The notes below the pieces were generated by a model. The model ran no database searches, was not told the DNA's origin, and saw only the letters and a list, made by a program, of their open reading frames with translations. From NCBI GenBank assembly GCA_951406725.2, contig OX597835.1, forward strand, positions 24,924,001 to 24,988,000: a stretch of 64,000 nucleotides of DNA, written 5' to 3'. Shown here in pieces: positions 63,298 to 64,000 of the stretch; the first letter of the stretch is position 1; every line of letters starts with the position of its first letter. The stretch comes from Octopus vulgaris (taxonomy: Eukaryota). The position numbers and the translations under genes were made by a program.

Positions 63298-63527
63298 TAT
63301 ATTTCTTTACTACACACAAGGGGCTAAACACAGAGGAGACAAACAATGACAGACAAACGGATTAAGTCGATTACATCGACCCCAGTGCGTAACTGGTACT
63401 TTATTTATCGACCCCGAAAGGATGAAAGGCAAAGTCGACCTCGGCGGAATTTGAACCCAGAACGTAACGGCAGACGAAATACGGGTACGGATTTCGCCCG
63501 GCGTGCTAACGTTTCTGCCAGCTCGCT
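63298..63527 (-). mobile_element. SINE family B, full-length
   Basis: Matches 50706-50940 in reverse. Confidence 0.92.
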
Positions 63528-63786
63528 TTGGTATATAGTATATGCGTGTGCATACATACATAACTTACACACGCTTGTAAATAGAGACAAATAGTCAGGT
63601 AGGTAGATAGATAGGGATATATACCACTAACCCTCTACTTTGACAATACGTAGTTTATACACACCTATATATATATATATATATACACATATATACGGAC
63701 ATATACACGTGTATATATATATATATATATATACTCACACATATATATATACATATAGTGTGCGTACGTATATGTATATATATATA

Positions 63787-63837
<51 letters not shown>

Positions 63838-64000
63838 AGATATAGATATAGATATATAGATATAGATATAGATATATATATTAGAATATTATTATCAGCA
63901 CACGCACACATCGATGTATATACAAACATACTCATAACACAGACGCGCGCGTATATAACGCAGAATATAATTACATATGAACACTTTTGTTATTGGTATC

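Overview
Eukaryotic, AT-rich, extremely microsatellite-dense DNA. The tRNA-derived CORE-like and Nin/Deu-like SINE families suggest an octopus or other coleoid cephalopod (inference, not searched). I can support no host protein-coding gene, and almost all listed ORFs are microsatellite artefacts, so this is probably intronic or intergenic. The main coding element is a near full-length CR1-clade LINE (~36135-40750). Its ORF1 carries a 291-bp internal duplication. Its ORF2 (AP endonuclease + RT) has no AUG near its start, overlaps ORF1 in the -1 frame across two canonical slippery heptamers, and lacks the catalytic SDH motif. Also present: a decayed Tc1 (DD34E) element with TIRs, fragments of mariner, L1/Tx1, CR1, RLE-type and probable RTE elements, several MITEs, 35+ SINE copies or fragments, and local duplications. 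The most notable unannotated signal is a set of about 15 hammerhead-ribozyme-like motifs. They sit in short non-coding elements of about 9 distinct sequence families that mostly end in (TA)n tracts, often form fold-back palindromes centred near the ribozyme core, and partly share a 3'-terminal motif. This fits Penelope-like or retrozyme-type non-autonomous mini-retroelements. All coordinates were read by eye; element boundaries are approximate.
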